From the NCBI GenBank assembly GCA_016748015.1, contig JAAOMT010000276.1, positions 1 to 64,000 on the forward strand: a stretch of DNA of 64,000 nucleotides, given 5' to 3'. The stretch comes from Geosiphon pyriformis uo1 (Eukaryota > Fungi > Glomeromycota). Within the stretch, counting starts at the first letter, position 1; the number at the start of each line of letters is the position of its first letter. The translations under genes were made by a program, and so were the position numbers. This document shows positions 51,028 through 64,000 of the stretch, piece by piece. The notes beneath the pieces are model-generated. The model did not search any database and was not told the DNA's origin. It saw nothing but the letters and a program-made list of their open reading frames with translations.

Positions 51028-54000
51028 CTCCAGACTCTGGTTTAGTAAGTTTGAAGGTATAAGAAACAAGTCATCATCTAAGTTTTATAGATTGGAATTG
51101 CTAATGTCCAAAATTGCCAGTAGTTTAAATTTGGGTCTGGTTTCAGAAACTGACTACTTGGTTGATATATAGTCAAGCATAGATAACAATGAGGCATCCA
51201 AGGTTTGTATTATGATCAATATGAATAATAAGGTTGAGGATATTTTACATCATATTTTGGTTATTAAAAAGAGTTACCATAAGTCCAAGTATCATGAATT
51301 CAAAGTTGCCAGGGATAACTCTATCAAGAAAGCTATATCAAGATGCATAGAAAATTTTTGTGCAAATAAAGAGCAAATGATAAATAGCATTCTAAATTAA
51401 CCATTCAGGAAAGTAGTTCTCGATTATTTGATTGTGAACAATGAGCTCATCTTGGAGCCTCAGATGGTCAAATCTTTGATTGATACTATAATGAAAGGTT
51501 GGATAAAGAAATGCTTGGTTGCTGGTGATCTGTTAGATCGGTGGAATATTCAGTATGCTCTTTTAAATTACATTGGTAATGATACATTTTCTGGGGTTAT
51601 AAGTGATGTCAGCATGGAAAAACTTCTGCAGGTCGTTAGAAACTTGCCAGATGGCAAAGCTGCTGGGTTTTCTGGTATTCCCAATAAACTTTGGAAGCAT
51701 AGTGATTCTTTGGTCCTCAATAGTCTTTTGAGCATTTTCAATAAGTGTTTAATATCTGGAGGAGTTCCTGAGCAATAGAAAAAGTCCTGGGTTTCCATGA
51801 TTCCTAAACCTTATGATTAGAAGAGCACTCTTACTAATACTAGGCCAATTGCACTGATTGAAACTGCCTGGAAGATTTTGTCTAAAATTTTTTCAGACAG
51901 GATCTTTTTGGCTTGCAGTAGGTTTGACATTTTGCATTGTTACTGGAGGTTTTTGGTCTCTTCTTAGCTCTTATATGTTTGTTGTAATGCTGTTAATTCA
52001 CGATTATGGGAAGTGTTTGAACCTCTAATAACTGAATTTATCTTCAAATTATCTCCTATAATTTGAACTGCTGGGCTTATAAGTGAAATGACCAATTCCG
52101 TGCCAGTTACTTGTGTAGTTACATTGTAGTAAATGTCAACTTTTTCCCAGGAATTGCTTGTCTGGAAGCTCATTAAAAATGTGTAGTTACTTTGCTGTGA
52201 AAGTCAACTTTTCTACAGGAATCTTGTCTGTAGGTTACCCTAATAATTATGATAAGAAAATAAAAGAAAATAAAAGAAATGTAAAAGAAATAGAATTTTG
52301 TCAAGGGAAACGTTTTCTATCCAGGCCTGAAGTCACTAACAGTTTACTGAAATTGGTAGCTAATCAATTTCAAAACGTTTGTTGGGTTTTTTTTTTGGAG
52401 ATTTTCCAAGTGCAATATTTAAAAAAATTGGTTTTTCAAATTATTTGATATTTTATTTCTTTTTTTGTGTGTATAGGAATGGTTCTAAGTGATAAATCTA
52501 AAGTAAGATACATTTTCTCGAAGAAAGAAGCTCTTTTTTTATACAACTTGTTATAACACTATTCTATGAATCTGAATTTTGCTGTTTTTTCCAATTTCAC
52601 TGAATTAAAGATACATTTCGGCGAACTACAAGTTATTTCTGCAAATTATTAGATATTTTGATAAACTATCAATTATTTCGGCAAATTTTTACAAATTTTG
52701 GCGAACTTTTGAATGTTACATATTTCGGGATATTGCATAATTAATCATTGCACTTAGATTACATTTGTGTTACGTACAAATTGGATTATTAATTAAATGA
52801 TAATTTCGGATATTTTGCTAATGTAATAAGTGATAATTTGAAACAATAATATATGCTAATTAATGATAAGATTTATAAGAGTAATTTCATGCTAAACAAT
52901 ATCTCTAATTTTGTCTGGTAACAGCGTGGTGACAATTTTTTGGTGTTAAAAGACACTTCTACACAATCTCCTATTTTTGCTGTTGGTTCAATTGTAGAAG
53001 ATGCTCTGGAAAAAAACAGGGAGTTGTGGCTGGTTTTCCAGAATATGCACAAGGCCTATGACTCTGTTGGTTGGTTTTATTTGCTCAATAGTTTGGTTAG
53101 GATCAAAATGTGTCTCCGTTTTATAAACTTTTTCAGTAGCATATACAATGGTAGATTCAATCAGGTTATAACAGATTTTGGTCTGTCTGATGGTTACACT
53201 GTACATGATAGTCTGGACCAAGGAGAAGTGTTTTCACCATTGCTGTGACATATTTTCTATAAACCATTACTATGTAAAGTCAAAAAACATAAACAATTGT
53301 ATGGCTATTAAATGTGTTCAAGATTCTATGCCAAATCTGACAAACCTAATCAGAATAATAACAGGATATTGTTTTTTGTTACAGGAGCCTTTGTTGATGA
53401 CACAATCTGGGTCGGTAATTGTTTGGCAGTAACACAAAATATCTTGGACATAGCAAATGAATTCTTTTCTATCAATGACATTTCAATAAATTCTGAGAAA
53501 ACTGTCACTATCTCCATCAACCAAGGCATTAAGGAGGCTAAGCTATTTATTAGTGGGTCGAGCATTTTAGTGGCCAAGAGAGATGAGTCTCATCACTATC
53601 TGGAGATTTTTTTATCAACTAAGGGCCTTTTCAAGCCAAGTTTAGCCAAAGCTCACAATGATGTCAAGTTTTTTTTGAATGTGGTTTTGAGAAAGATCAT
53701 AACTGAGAAGCAATTTTTATATTTGGTTTCTGCTATTCTACAGCCTATCATTTGTTATAGGCTTTAATTTAGCTTTGCTTCTAAGAGTGTTTGTGAGAAA
53801 TGAGACAAATTGTTGAGGAAGGGACTCAAGTTTAAAGCAAATTTGTCTAGAGACTTTCCTAGTGTAATACTACATCATCCTGAGCTGTATGGCCTAAAGT
53901 CTTTTGAGCAAATGCTCTCTAAAAGTTTGTTGGCCAACCTGATCAATTTTAGTAATGCTAGTGGAACTCTCAGCAAATCTTTTGACCACAGAGTGATGGA

Positions 54001-55879
54001 CTTACAGACTGTTAGCTAGATGCCCTGGCACTCTCTTTGTTTTCTGGTCACATTACCTATCAATCCTTTGAACTGTTTTTTGGCTGGTGCTACTCAGATA
54101 CTCGCTTCATGCAAAATCTCATTAGGTGGTGCATTCTCTAATGTTTTTTGGACTGGGACTAATGTGCTGATTTTGGATATGCTGGGCCTAGATGGTTATT
54201 TAGACATTAGAAAATTTCTCATGAAATATGGCCTCATTTTTGCCAACCAACTTTTGGATTATTGTGGCATATGTTTTACTTGGAACACCTTTCGCAGATG
54301 GAAAAAACTCAACCTGAGAGGTCTGATTTCTACTTGATTTGTTTCTGTTACTAATTTTGTCAATAATAATGGTTTGAACATTATAGTGAATGTGGTGTCC
54401 TATTCTGCTCCCACTGATTTTTTCTGTGATGTTGGTTTTACTTCTGAGCATTTGTTGGCTCTTAACCATGAATCTATTGAAGTTTACACTAATGGGTCTG
54501 TCAAGAATTTGGGGTCAATTGGTGCCTGTGGTGGCACTGCTGCTTACTTTCCAAGAGCCAATGCTAACATTGGTATAAAAGTTCTTGGCTTATTGTTCTT
54601 AACACTGGTGGAGCTGTAAGCTATCACTTTGGCACTAAATTGTGTATCTATCTCTAGCATAGTTGAATTGTTCACAGATAGTCAGATGTCACTGGACATT
54701 TGTAAATTTAACATAGGCATGTCTGTTTCTAATTTTTACTGCAAATGTTGGATCGAAAAGTAGCACATTTCAAGTTATTTTAAAAAGAAATCTGTCAGTC
54801 ACATGGAGAAAGATCAAAAAACATGAGCAGATTTTTTTGCTAATGCCACAGTTTTCTCTAAATTTATGCTGCCCCTGAACATGCCATATTACTTCTTCAG
54901 GATTGAGAACAGGTTTGTTTCTGGGAACACATGTCATTTTGTCAAAAACTTGTTTGATGCTGTTAATTTTGTCAAGTAGGACTCCAGGTGTGGCACTAGT
55001 ATTGTTGAGACTGGTGATGCTGGTAAAATTGATACACACAAGTTATTCAGTGTTTGGCACTCTGATGGTAGGATCTGATCCAGTTATACCAGTTTGTTTT
55101 TAGCTTCTCTGTAGTTCTATCTTATAAAATCTCTATATCATTACCTGCTAGTTACCATGAGGAAAAGGTTGTACAATTCCAGATATCTTAGCATAATATG
55201 TATTAGGTGTGATATGGTCGAGGACTCTGATCACCTATTTCTATGCTTACATGATGACAACACTAAGAAGACTGTATTGTTTTTCATTAGGGAAAGGTGG
55301 TGCAAGGTGGCTGGTAATTCTGCTATAAGAGATAGAGTGGTACATTCTCTGCGTGAAGCTAAGTTATCTTATAGTTTGTATATATTGTTGGCCAAGGGGT
55401 TTGTGTTGAAAAGCTGGATGGCTGATGCTATTCAGTGCCTTGGCTCAGCTTAAGGTGGCCGTGTGATTGTCAATTTGGTTTGTAGTCTTGCAGAGTGTCA
55501 TAGGTCAGACATTTGGTTGCCTGCAGCCAAATTGAGGGCTTTTTATGAAAAACACAATCTGTTACCATGTGATGGATCTGTGGTGTCATCAATTACTAGT
55601 TTGTCAAACTTCTGGACTGTTGATGTCGTCCATGGTCTCGGTATTAGGTTGGGTATTTACATGAGCTTTGGTTTATGTCCCTGTATTGCTGGTTTGGGTT
55701 TCGGTTTCTTGTGTAATATTTCTTTAATAGATCCTGTAAGTGCATAGTACTGTCTTGACTGGGCCGAATGTTTAATCACATGTAGAAAAGGCATGAGCTA
55801 TACTTAATTTAGAATTTAGTTTGATTTTATGTATTTAAATAGTAGTTGGACTGCATTCGTAAAACTCTAATAAAAAAAA
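51028..55879 (+). mobile_element. 5'-truncated non-LTR retrotransposon (LINE): RT - RNase H - zf-RVT, A tail
   Basis: Motifs KAAGFSGIPNKLWK, NTRPIALIETA, KAYDSVGW, QGEVFSPLL, AFVDDT, VYTNGS, FTDSQ, CIRCDMVEDSDHLFLC. Ends TAATAAAAAAAA; possible low-complexity TSD AATATATAT. Confidence 0.93.
51938..52923 (-). mobile_element. Solo LTR (986 bp) of the element 3 family, inserted in the LINE RT
   Basis: Termini TGTTACTGGA...TCTGGTAACA; TSD GCAT/GCGT; removing it restores the LINE frame FDIL(H/R)GDNF; homologous to 21787-22731. Confidence 0.92.
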
Positions 55880-56919
55880 TATATATAAATCTAATTATTA
55901 TTTAATATAATATATCAAATTAAATAACTTAAATTAAATATAATTTATATACTTTTTACATATAATTAGATATAAATCTAATTTAAATTAAATTATGTTA
56001 ATTTTAAAGAAAAAATTTATTATAAAAAAATATTTTATATATATATACAATTAATATATATTTATTTATAACTATTTTACTTATTTATTTAATAATTTTA
56101 TTTTTTATTTGACTTAATATTAAATAATTAATACTTTTAATTAATTAAATATATTTATTTTTATATTATTATTTTTAAGACTATATTTTGTTTTTAATTA
56201 ATTATTATTATTTTTTTACACTATTTAAAACTTTGTTAAAAGAAGATATTTTATCTTAAATAGTTTTTATTATACTTTTTAACTTATTATATAAAACAAA
56301 AAAAAATATTAAATAATTTAGTTATTAAAATAATTAAGATATTAATAAATTTTATTAATAAAACTAATATAATTAACTTAAATTTTAAAAAAACTAAACA
56401 ATAATCAATTATAAAATCAACAATAATAATAGCAAAAACAGTTAAAATAATAATAATAAAAAGAATCAAAAAAACAAAAATTTTAATATAAAACTTAATA
56501 TTAATAAAATAAAATTTAAAAATTTTTAATCTATTTATAAATTAAATAAAAACTTAAAAAAATAAAAACACTTTGTATTTTACAGCCAAATAATACCAAT
56601 ACTTAAAAATTTTTTATTAAATTTAATAATAATAATATTTAAATCTGTTTTTAAATCAAAAATAATAATATATTGTAGTTATTAAATAAAATTAATAAAA
56701 TAGAAAATAAAACAGATAAAGTTACCAATTTAAAAAACCAAATAATTAATTTTAAAAGCAATATAATCAGAAAAACCTAATTAATCTGGTTTTAAAAATA
56801 TTATAAAATAAAATACTTTTTTTTTGATTTACAAAAAAAATCCAGATAAAAAATTTTTGGTTTGTCTAAAATATTTAATAAATTTTAAAAACATTATAAT
56901 TTTTTAGTTTTAGGTCTTT

Positions 56920-59346
56920 TGTTAAATTTTTTTAATAGTTATTTAACAAGTAAATTAGTTTTTTGGTCTTAAAAAAAAGTTTAGATGTCAATAATTCTTA
57001 AATTATAAGAATAAAAAAAAGTTTTAACTTATTGTACTAATTAAAACTGCTTGAAAAATCTTTTTTAAAATTTTATTAGACAAAATTTTTTTAGTTTATA
57101 GTAAGCATAATATTTTTTGTAAAAACAATTTTTCAGTTTTAAAAGAAACAACTATACAATTTCTAATTTTTGCTATTAGTTTAATGATAAAAAATATTCT
57201 AAAAAAAATTATAAACTTTAAATAATTTGATAAATATGTACAAAATATATAATTTGATAAATTATATGTACTTAAAAAACAGTTTAATTTAAATTAAAAT
57301 ATGTAATAAATTTGTTAAGTTTTTGTGTAGTATTTACAATAATCAAATTAATCAAATTATAATTAATTTTAACTTAACAGATAGTTATTATGTATATAAT
57401 AGATTAAATTAAAGTAAAGTGTTTTTTTCTTTTTTGGCATAATTTCTATAACTTTTTTTGTGTAAAGTTAAAAAACAAATGAATATATATAAATATAGAA
57501 TTGATTTTAGATTTATGGTTAAAATAAAACATATAAAAAATTAAGCTAATCTAATATTTTTTCTTATTGTTAATGTATTTGTTAATAATATTATTTAAGT
57601 AAATAACAATTAAGTTACAACTTAATATATTCTGGATATTACAAATGAGTTTTTTTAAGTTAATAATATTTTAATTAATAATAATAAGATAATAATTATT
57701 TTAATTAATTATAAAGTTGTAAGTCTTTTTTTGTTAATTAGTAATTTGCTAATTACAATAATTAAAAAAAAGATATTTTATAAATATTTGGGTATTTTTT
57801 TTCAACAAAGAGTTTATTAAAGTTTAATTTAACAAAAACTTATTTGAACATTAAATTTTTTGTTAACAGAATTTTAAAAAAGACTATTTTTAATAAACAG
57901 TTTTTGTATTTGTTCTTGATAGTGTTTTATTCTATTATTAGTTATAAGATTCAGTTTAGTTTTATTTTTAATAGTGTATATAACAAATAAAATATCATAA
58001 TTTGTAAAAGTTTGAAATCTAAATTTTGTTTACTTTTAGACTTTTTAAATAATACAATTTATTATTATTTTTTATATGATCTAAAAACTTTTGAATAAGT
58101 ACAAATTAATAACAAGTTAACTTTTATGTTGAGTTTTTTTATTTATTTATTTATTTATAAATTTTTTAGCTTATAAGTTTTAAGCTAATTTCTTTATTAT
58201 TTTTTGTGTTATTTAGTTTGTTTTAAGATTTGTTTTTTAAACAACTTTCTGGTTAATATAATTTGTATTTTTTATGATTATGGTTTGTCTTTGGTCAATT
58301 TTTTGTATTTAGTATTTTATTTTTAAAATAAAATTTTAATGTTATTAATTTTAAATAGGTCTATTTTTTTTAAAGTATTCTATTTACTTAAATAATTTGG
58401 TGTTGTTTTTGTTGAACAATTATATAATAAAAAAAGTGATGTTTTTAATTAAAAAATTTTTAAACATTAAAAAATATTAAATTCTCATAGTTTTGTTTTT
58501 AGTTGGTTTAAATTTGCTGCCAGATTTTTAAATAAATTGGCTTTCTGTTCTATTAATTTATTTTCTGTTGTTAGTTTTCAGTTTCTGAATATTTTTGGTT
58601 TACATAAGTTTAATCTAATTTGTAACTGATTGTTAAACACTAATATAATTTGTTTTTTTGTTTATATTAATAATTTTCTGAACAATCTAAATACTGTTAA
58701 TATAAAGACTAGTATTATAGTCTTTTTTGAAAATGTAAATTTAAGTTTGAGTATTAAAGTTTCAAAGTTAATTTTTTATATTATGATTAAATTATAAGCT
58801 ATTATATTTATTTTGAACTATGTTTTTTTTGTATGGTTGAGTTGTTTTTTAATAGCTAAATAGCTCTAAATGCATATTGTTTAGAGTTGGCTTTAACTTT
58901 TTTTAGATTTTTGTAATTATTATTAGATTAAACATTGATATATTGTAAATATTATTAAGAAAAAAATTTAAATATTAATTAGTACAAAGTTAAAGATTAT
59001 TTAAGTGTTTTAAATAATAAAAAAGCTAATTTTTTGGCTAATACTATCTTATTTTTAAAATATGATATTTTTGGCCTATATATAAAAATATTTTATTAAG
59101 ACTAGTAATAAAATTGTTTTAAAAAATATAAGACATTTTGTCTATGGAGTTTTTCAAACAATTCATTGTGTTTATTTGAAAATTAGATTTGAAACTTATG
59201 TTTTAGAAAACAGTTTACTTGAAGACATGAATTGGATTAAATTATTATTTGTATAATATTCTAATTCTTATATTTTAACTAAATTCATAAACAAATTTAC
59301 AATTGAGTTGTGTTTTTATTTTATATTACAGACTGTTTATAACTGT
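56920..59346 (+). mobile_element. Heavily eroded LINE (RT-RNase H)
   Basis: AT-shifted but colinear with 51780-55140, e.g. ATTGTACTAATTAAAACTGCTTGAAAAATC vs ATTGCACTGATTGAAACTGCCTGGAAGATT. Confidence 0.8.
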
Positions 59347-59767
59347 TGTTACTTATAGAAAAGAGTACAAAAGAAATAGTAAGAAAAACAAATAAGAAAA
59401 ATAGACCAATAAAAAAATAGTATTGAACATATAAGCATATTGCTGGTAAATTAGGACATATTACTTAGTAATATGAGCAATGTCAATAAATTAGGACACA
59501 TTGCTTAGCAATGTGAGTAATGTTAGTGAATTAAGAAACATTGTTTAGCAATATGAACAATATTAGTAGATTAGGGCATATTGTTTAACAATATAAGTAT
59601 TGCTTAAGAAATTAGGGCACATTGCTTATAAATATGTGAAATCTTATAAAACATTAATTATGTATATATAATGAAAGTATTAGAAACAAAAAAAACAGAA
59701 TCAATAGCTAGAACACTGTTATGGGTAAACTTGGTAGAGTAAAAAAATAGTAACATTTGGTGTTCTC
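59347..59767 (+). mobile_element. Short LTR (59347-59755) followed by a truncated PBS
   Basis: TGTTACTTATAGAA...GTAACA, then TT and TGGTGTTCTC; 40-bp tandem array and TATA inside. Confidence 0.8.
59425..59630 (+). repeat. ~5 x 40-bp tandem repeat inside the LTR
   Basis: AATTAGGACACATTGCTTAGCAATATGAGCAATGT.. units start at 59449, 59489, 59529, 59569 and ~59610. Confidence 0.88.
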
Positions 59768-59769
59768 AA

Positions 59770-62012
59770 TTATTAATAATACATGTTTCATGTAATTCTG
59801 TTGGCTTAATCTTAATTATTAGTCTCTAAAAGTCTTCTTTGCTGGTTGTGATTTTACCTGTTAAGCTCTTTGGTTATAAGGCACAAAAATTTGGCTTTTG
59901 CTGATTGCAACTTTTCTTAAATGTGAACTATCTTTTCTGAATTAATAAACACAGTCATTATGATCTGGTATTGTCTTTTTACTTTTCTGGTAAGCTACCA
60001 AGATAATGTTAATATCCAAAACTTAGGAAGAGCTTTCTTCTTTTACCAAACTATTATGAAATCTATTTTCAAACAGTCAATTTTACTATGTTGCTGCTTC
60101 ACAAAAGAAAATAAAAAAATAAAATAAAAAAAAAATAAAAAAAATAAAAAAAATAAAAAAAAAATAAAAAAAAATAAAAAAAAATAAAAATAAAAGAAGA
60201 TAAATTAGTATCATTAATTGCTATGATTAAGAGTGACTGGTCCAAATCATTAATAGTTTAAGACAGTTATGCTAAGAGCATCTGTTCTGAAACAAAGGTA
60301 TAAAACAATGGTTAATTCATGTAAATTCCACAAAGTTCAAGAACATGAATTTGTGATTCTGATTTCTCAATAATTAATTTATTTTAGAAGATAAATATGG
60401 AATAGAATAAATAATGGAAGGAGTAAGGATATTTGATTCTTGTTTAATAGTTTGTATCTAGATGTCTGTTTTTTTTTACTTTTCTTAACTACTCATTTTT
60501 ATACATTCTTTTGGTTTTACAGGATTGCTTTTTAACTGTTCTATTATTGCTAATTATTGCTTTGCTATTTCTGTAATTGCTTTATTTTTTTACATTATTA
60601 CTAGTTATCCTATGTTATAATACATTATCTGGTGTTATTATATGTTATTTTGTGTTATCACATGTTATAACACATTATCCTGCATTATCTTAAGTTATAA
60701 CATATTATCCAACATTATTGTATGCTATTCTGTATTATGTTACATTTTAGTTATGTTTCTTTATAACTTTGGATTGGTTTTTCTACTTGAGTAATATTAT
60801 CTCTCTCTTTTTAAAATTGAGCTTCTGTAAAATTATATGTATCTGTTTCTATGTCTTCATTTGTGTAATGTTTGATAGTTGTATTAAATATTGTTTTTTA
60901 TAGATCTTTGAACTGTTGATTGGTAATTTGTCTTATGTTGTTAACTGTTATTATTTTTATAAATCCATACAACAATACATTTGAACAATGTTAGAAAGTA
61001 GCATATAGTTAATATACTGTTTTGTAATATAGAGTTAAGTTGCTTTTTCCTACAAATTTTTCTACTTGTTGTATTGTTTCTTTGTTAAAAGTTTTCTGGT
61101 TGAGATTTCCATATGATGTCTTCAAATCTAATTGTTTACCAATTTTGTAAAACCAATATGCTGGAGGAAGTCTTTTTTTCCCTTTTTGAGTATTGTCAAG
61201 TGTCTATTCTTTTGTTTTGGAGAGTTTGGTCTCATGAACTAAAGCTTTTTTTATTTCTTTAAGCTTAGAGACCAAGTATTTTTTATAAACTTCTTTTATT
61301 TCCTGTTCTACCTGAGAGAAATTTTTTCTCCAATTTTTCCTTTCAGGTATTGAGTAGAAGTAGAATTATTTAGTTCTAATTAAACTCTTGCTTTCCTCTT
61401 TCTTGCTCCTATTTTTATATTATATTTTTTTTATCAATTATTACTTTTATTTAAGCAGAAAATTACTGAATTGTGTTAAATAGTTGTTTTGAGAATTGTA
61501 GAATTTGATCTAATAAGTCTATGTTAAAAGTTCTATTATTTCTTGCTGTTTTTTTAGATGTTATATATATTTGAATTTTTAAATTTAATTTGCTGCATAT
61601 TGTTTATGTTTTGATAATGATGATTAGTTTTAAATCTTGTGATATATTTTCTGGTCTAATTAATAAAATTTGTGTTCCTAGTTAAGATACTGATGATAAT
61701 GATTTTTTGTTTTGCATGATAAATTTTTAACCGATTTCCATGTGCTATTTTCTTTAAAATCTTGTCTTTCAATTGTAATTTGTAAGCTCCATTGCCTAAA
61801 ACTTTGTGTACATGGAATGGATTATCCCACTTTGGATTGAACTTTTTACTTTATTGTTTTTTAGCTTTTGTATAATATAATAGTACTTGGTTTCTAATTT
61901 TGAATTCCATTAATTGTTCTGGTAGGCAGTTATCATGTCTTTCTTTTTGACATTCTTGAGAGTGACTAATATTGTTAACTGCTGTTTTATGGTTGTCTTC
62001 TAATGTTTCTAT
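59770..62012 (-). mobile_element. 3' part of Ty3/Gypsy 'element 4' (3' LTR to 60796, PPT, extra ORF remnant, integrase C-terminus)
   Basis: GAGTAATA terminus plus PPT AAAAAGAGAGAGATAA; IN remnant SQECQKERHD..PKWDNPFHVHKVLGNGAYKL at 61780-61960. The left LTR edge is unresolved. Confidence 0.8.
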
Positions 62013-64000
62013 TGTTACAGATAATTATTTCTGTTGTTGTATTGAATAACAAATCCATAATTTGGTCCTCAAAAGCTACTTTCATGGATGATGTGCAGAA
62101 GATATGGTATCTGAAGGTTTTGGTTGATCTGAAGGTTTTGTTGTGGAGTTTTTTGTATAATGGACAGAGATTCAGTGGTGATGGTAATAGTTTTTCTGAA
62201 GTCGCAATTATGCCCAATTTCTTTCTCAGCTTGGCGGCCGGATTTATTTTGGCAGTCGTGCCCTTTTGGTAAGCTATCTGTTAATATATATAATTCTACC
62301 CTTATTTCTGGGTCTTTTACCAGGCTATCCTTGATGTCAATAATTCAGTGCTTAATCTTTTTACTTAATTAATATACAACAACAAAATCAAAAAAAGAAA
62401 AAAAAAGAAAAATAAAGAAAATAAAAATAAAAAAAATAAAGAAAATAAGCCAAGGCAATTCGGTATGTTAGTATCTCATCAATAGTCATGATCAAGAGCT
62501 ATTGTTCCAGTGTGGTTAAGTATCAATTACTATCAACATGAAGTGTTGATAGTGGAGAGTGGATTAAGATATAGAATAATTATTTATTTGATGATTGGTT
62601 TCTTGGCTAAGGATTCTGTGGTATCGATTCTGTCTTTTCTGTTTCTAACACTACTGCTATATATACATAATTGGGATTTCTCAATTCCTCAATTCTTTAT
62701 GACAGGAATTCTGAAATTCCTGGAATCCTGCAATTCCTTTGAGAGGAATCCTGGAATTCTGGAATTCTGCAATTTCTCGTCAGGGAATCCTGAAATTTCT
62801 GGAATCCTACAATTCCTGAAAGGAATCTTGAAATTCCACATTTACTATGCTTACTTCTGATTGGCTAATAATTATGCTAATATATTTCCTATATTTCTAT
62901 GAGTAACATTATTCCTTCCTTTTAATATTGGGCTCTGTCGAAATTTAACTTATGTAATTCCCCTTCTTGAAGTATTTCCTGGATTTTGTTTTCGAGAATT
63001 ACTTGTGTTATTTGGGTCTGTAATTTTTCAAATTAAGCATTGGTGATTTTTCCCAATTGATTACTGGTAATCATATCCATTGCTCTGTTGAGCAATATTT
63101 CTGGTTTATCCTGAAATGCTGTGTGTATTCGGTATATGGCTCGGGCTTGTGTGGATAAGTTGTTCTTTCCTACAAAATGTTCTAATTGTTGTAGTATTCT
63201 TTTGTCAAATAATTGCTTTGTTTTATCTGTATATAGATTCTAGATATTTATGTGTTGTCCCAAGTAAAAATAACAATAGTTTCGTGAAAATTGTTGTATC
63301 CACCAATTCCAAGTTTCTTTAGTCAATTCTTGATATAGTGACTCTTTTGTCGATTCTTTTATTGCTAATTTTACTTTTGCTATGATTTTGTTCACAGTAT
63401 TTTCAGTTTTTTTCTGTGTTCTGAGTTGAAATGTCTTTCTAATATCTTGATATCAAATGGTTTGTTGATTAATTGTAATCTCCATTTCCTGGTGTTGGAT
63501 TAATTGAAAGAGTTGTTGTGCTAGTGAGTAAATGTTGTCTGTAATTTCTATTTTTCTGATATTTCCTGTCACATCTACCATGTTTTTATATATTCTTTTG
63601 ATGGATCAATTTAATGTGTTATTGTCAATAATAATGATTGGTTTCAGATCTCGTGGAATCTCATCTGGTTGGACTAATATTTTCTGTACTTCTAATTGTG
63701 GAATATTACTGGTAGATGGTAGTGTGATGTTGTGATATGGTTTCAGTCAATCTCCATGTGCTGATTTGGTTAAAATTTTGTTATCCAATCTTAATTTGTA
63801 AGCTCCATTTTCTAGAATTTCTTTTATGTGAAATGGTCCATCCCATTTGGAGTCAAATTTTCTATTTTATTGTTTTTCTGCTTTGGTATGATGTAGTAAT
63901 ACTTTGTCTCTGATCTTGAATTTAACTGGTTTGTCTGATAGTTGACTATCATGTCTTTCTTTCTGTGTTTCTTGTGACTTTTGGATATTATCAGCTGCTC
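62013..64000 (-). mobile_element. 3' part of 'element 5' (element 1 family): LTR 62013-62908, PPT 62909-62923, extra ORF, IN C-terminus
   Basis: Termini TGTTACAG...GTAACA; 62909-64000 is colinear with 501-1590; inserted into the integrase of element 4. Confidence 0.93.
62922..63581 (-). pseudogene. Extra post-integrase ORF, second copy
   Basis: 660 nt from ATG to stop; contains LQQLEHFVGKNNLSTQARAIYRIHTAFQDKPEILL and ends DRAQY*. Confidence 0.75.

Noticed and set aside
55880-56920. Genes in ultra-AT-rich tracts (also 24670-26200, 31700-32830, 50400-51020)
   Set aside because: Only I/K/N/F/L-rich spurious ORFs; probably terminally eroded TE relics that cannot be classified by eye.

Overview
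Eukaryotic, very AT-rich fungal DNA. It is most likely a Glomeromycotina/Mucoromycota genome; this is inferred from the TKL-kinase+Sel1 gene, the intron style and the TE load, and Geosiphon-like is a recollection I could not verify. A CpG-retaining gene island (~28.8-50.3 kb) holds three genes: a 4-exon non-RD TKL kinase-Sel1 gene (-), a 2-exon P3A plasma-membrane H+-ATPase (+) and a tRNA-Ala(AGC) (-). The island also carries many microsatellites and three assembly gaps. On both sides lie nested transposon graveyards: at least five Ty3/Gypsy-type elements with internal sequence, three solo LTRs with 4-bp TSDs, one short LTR+PBS, and three RNase H-bearing LINEs. All are eroded to different degrees by C>T/G>A transitions. 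The most unusual object is the Ty3/Gypsy lineage itself. It has one gag-pol frame ordered gag-CCHC-PR-[multi-CxxC Cys-rich module]-[dUTPase]-RT-RH-IN. A separate ~219-codon ORF of unknown function follows and ends at the polypurine tract; this ORF is conserved between divergent families in the window.
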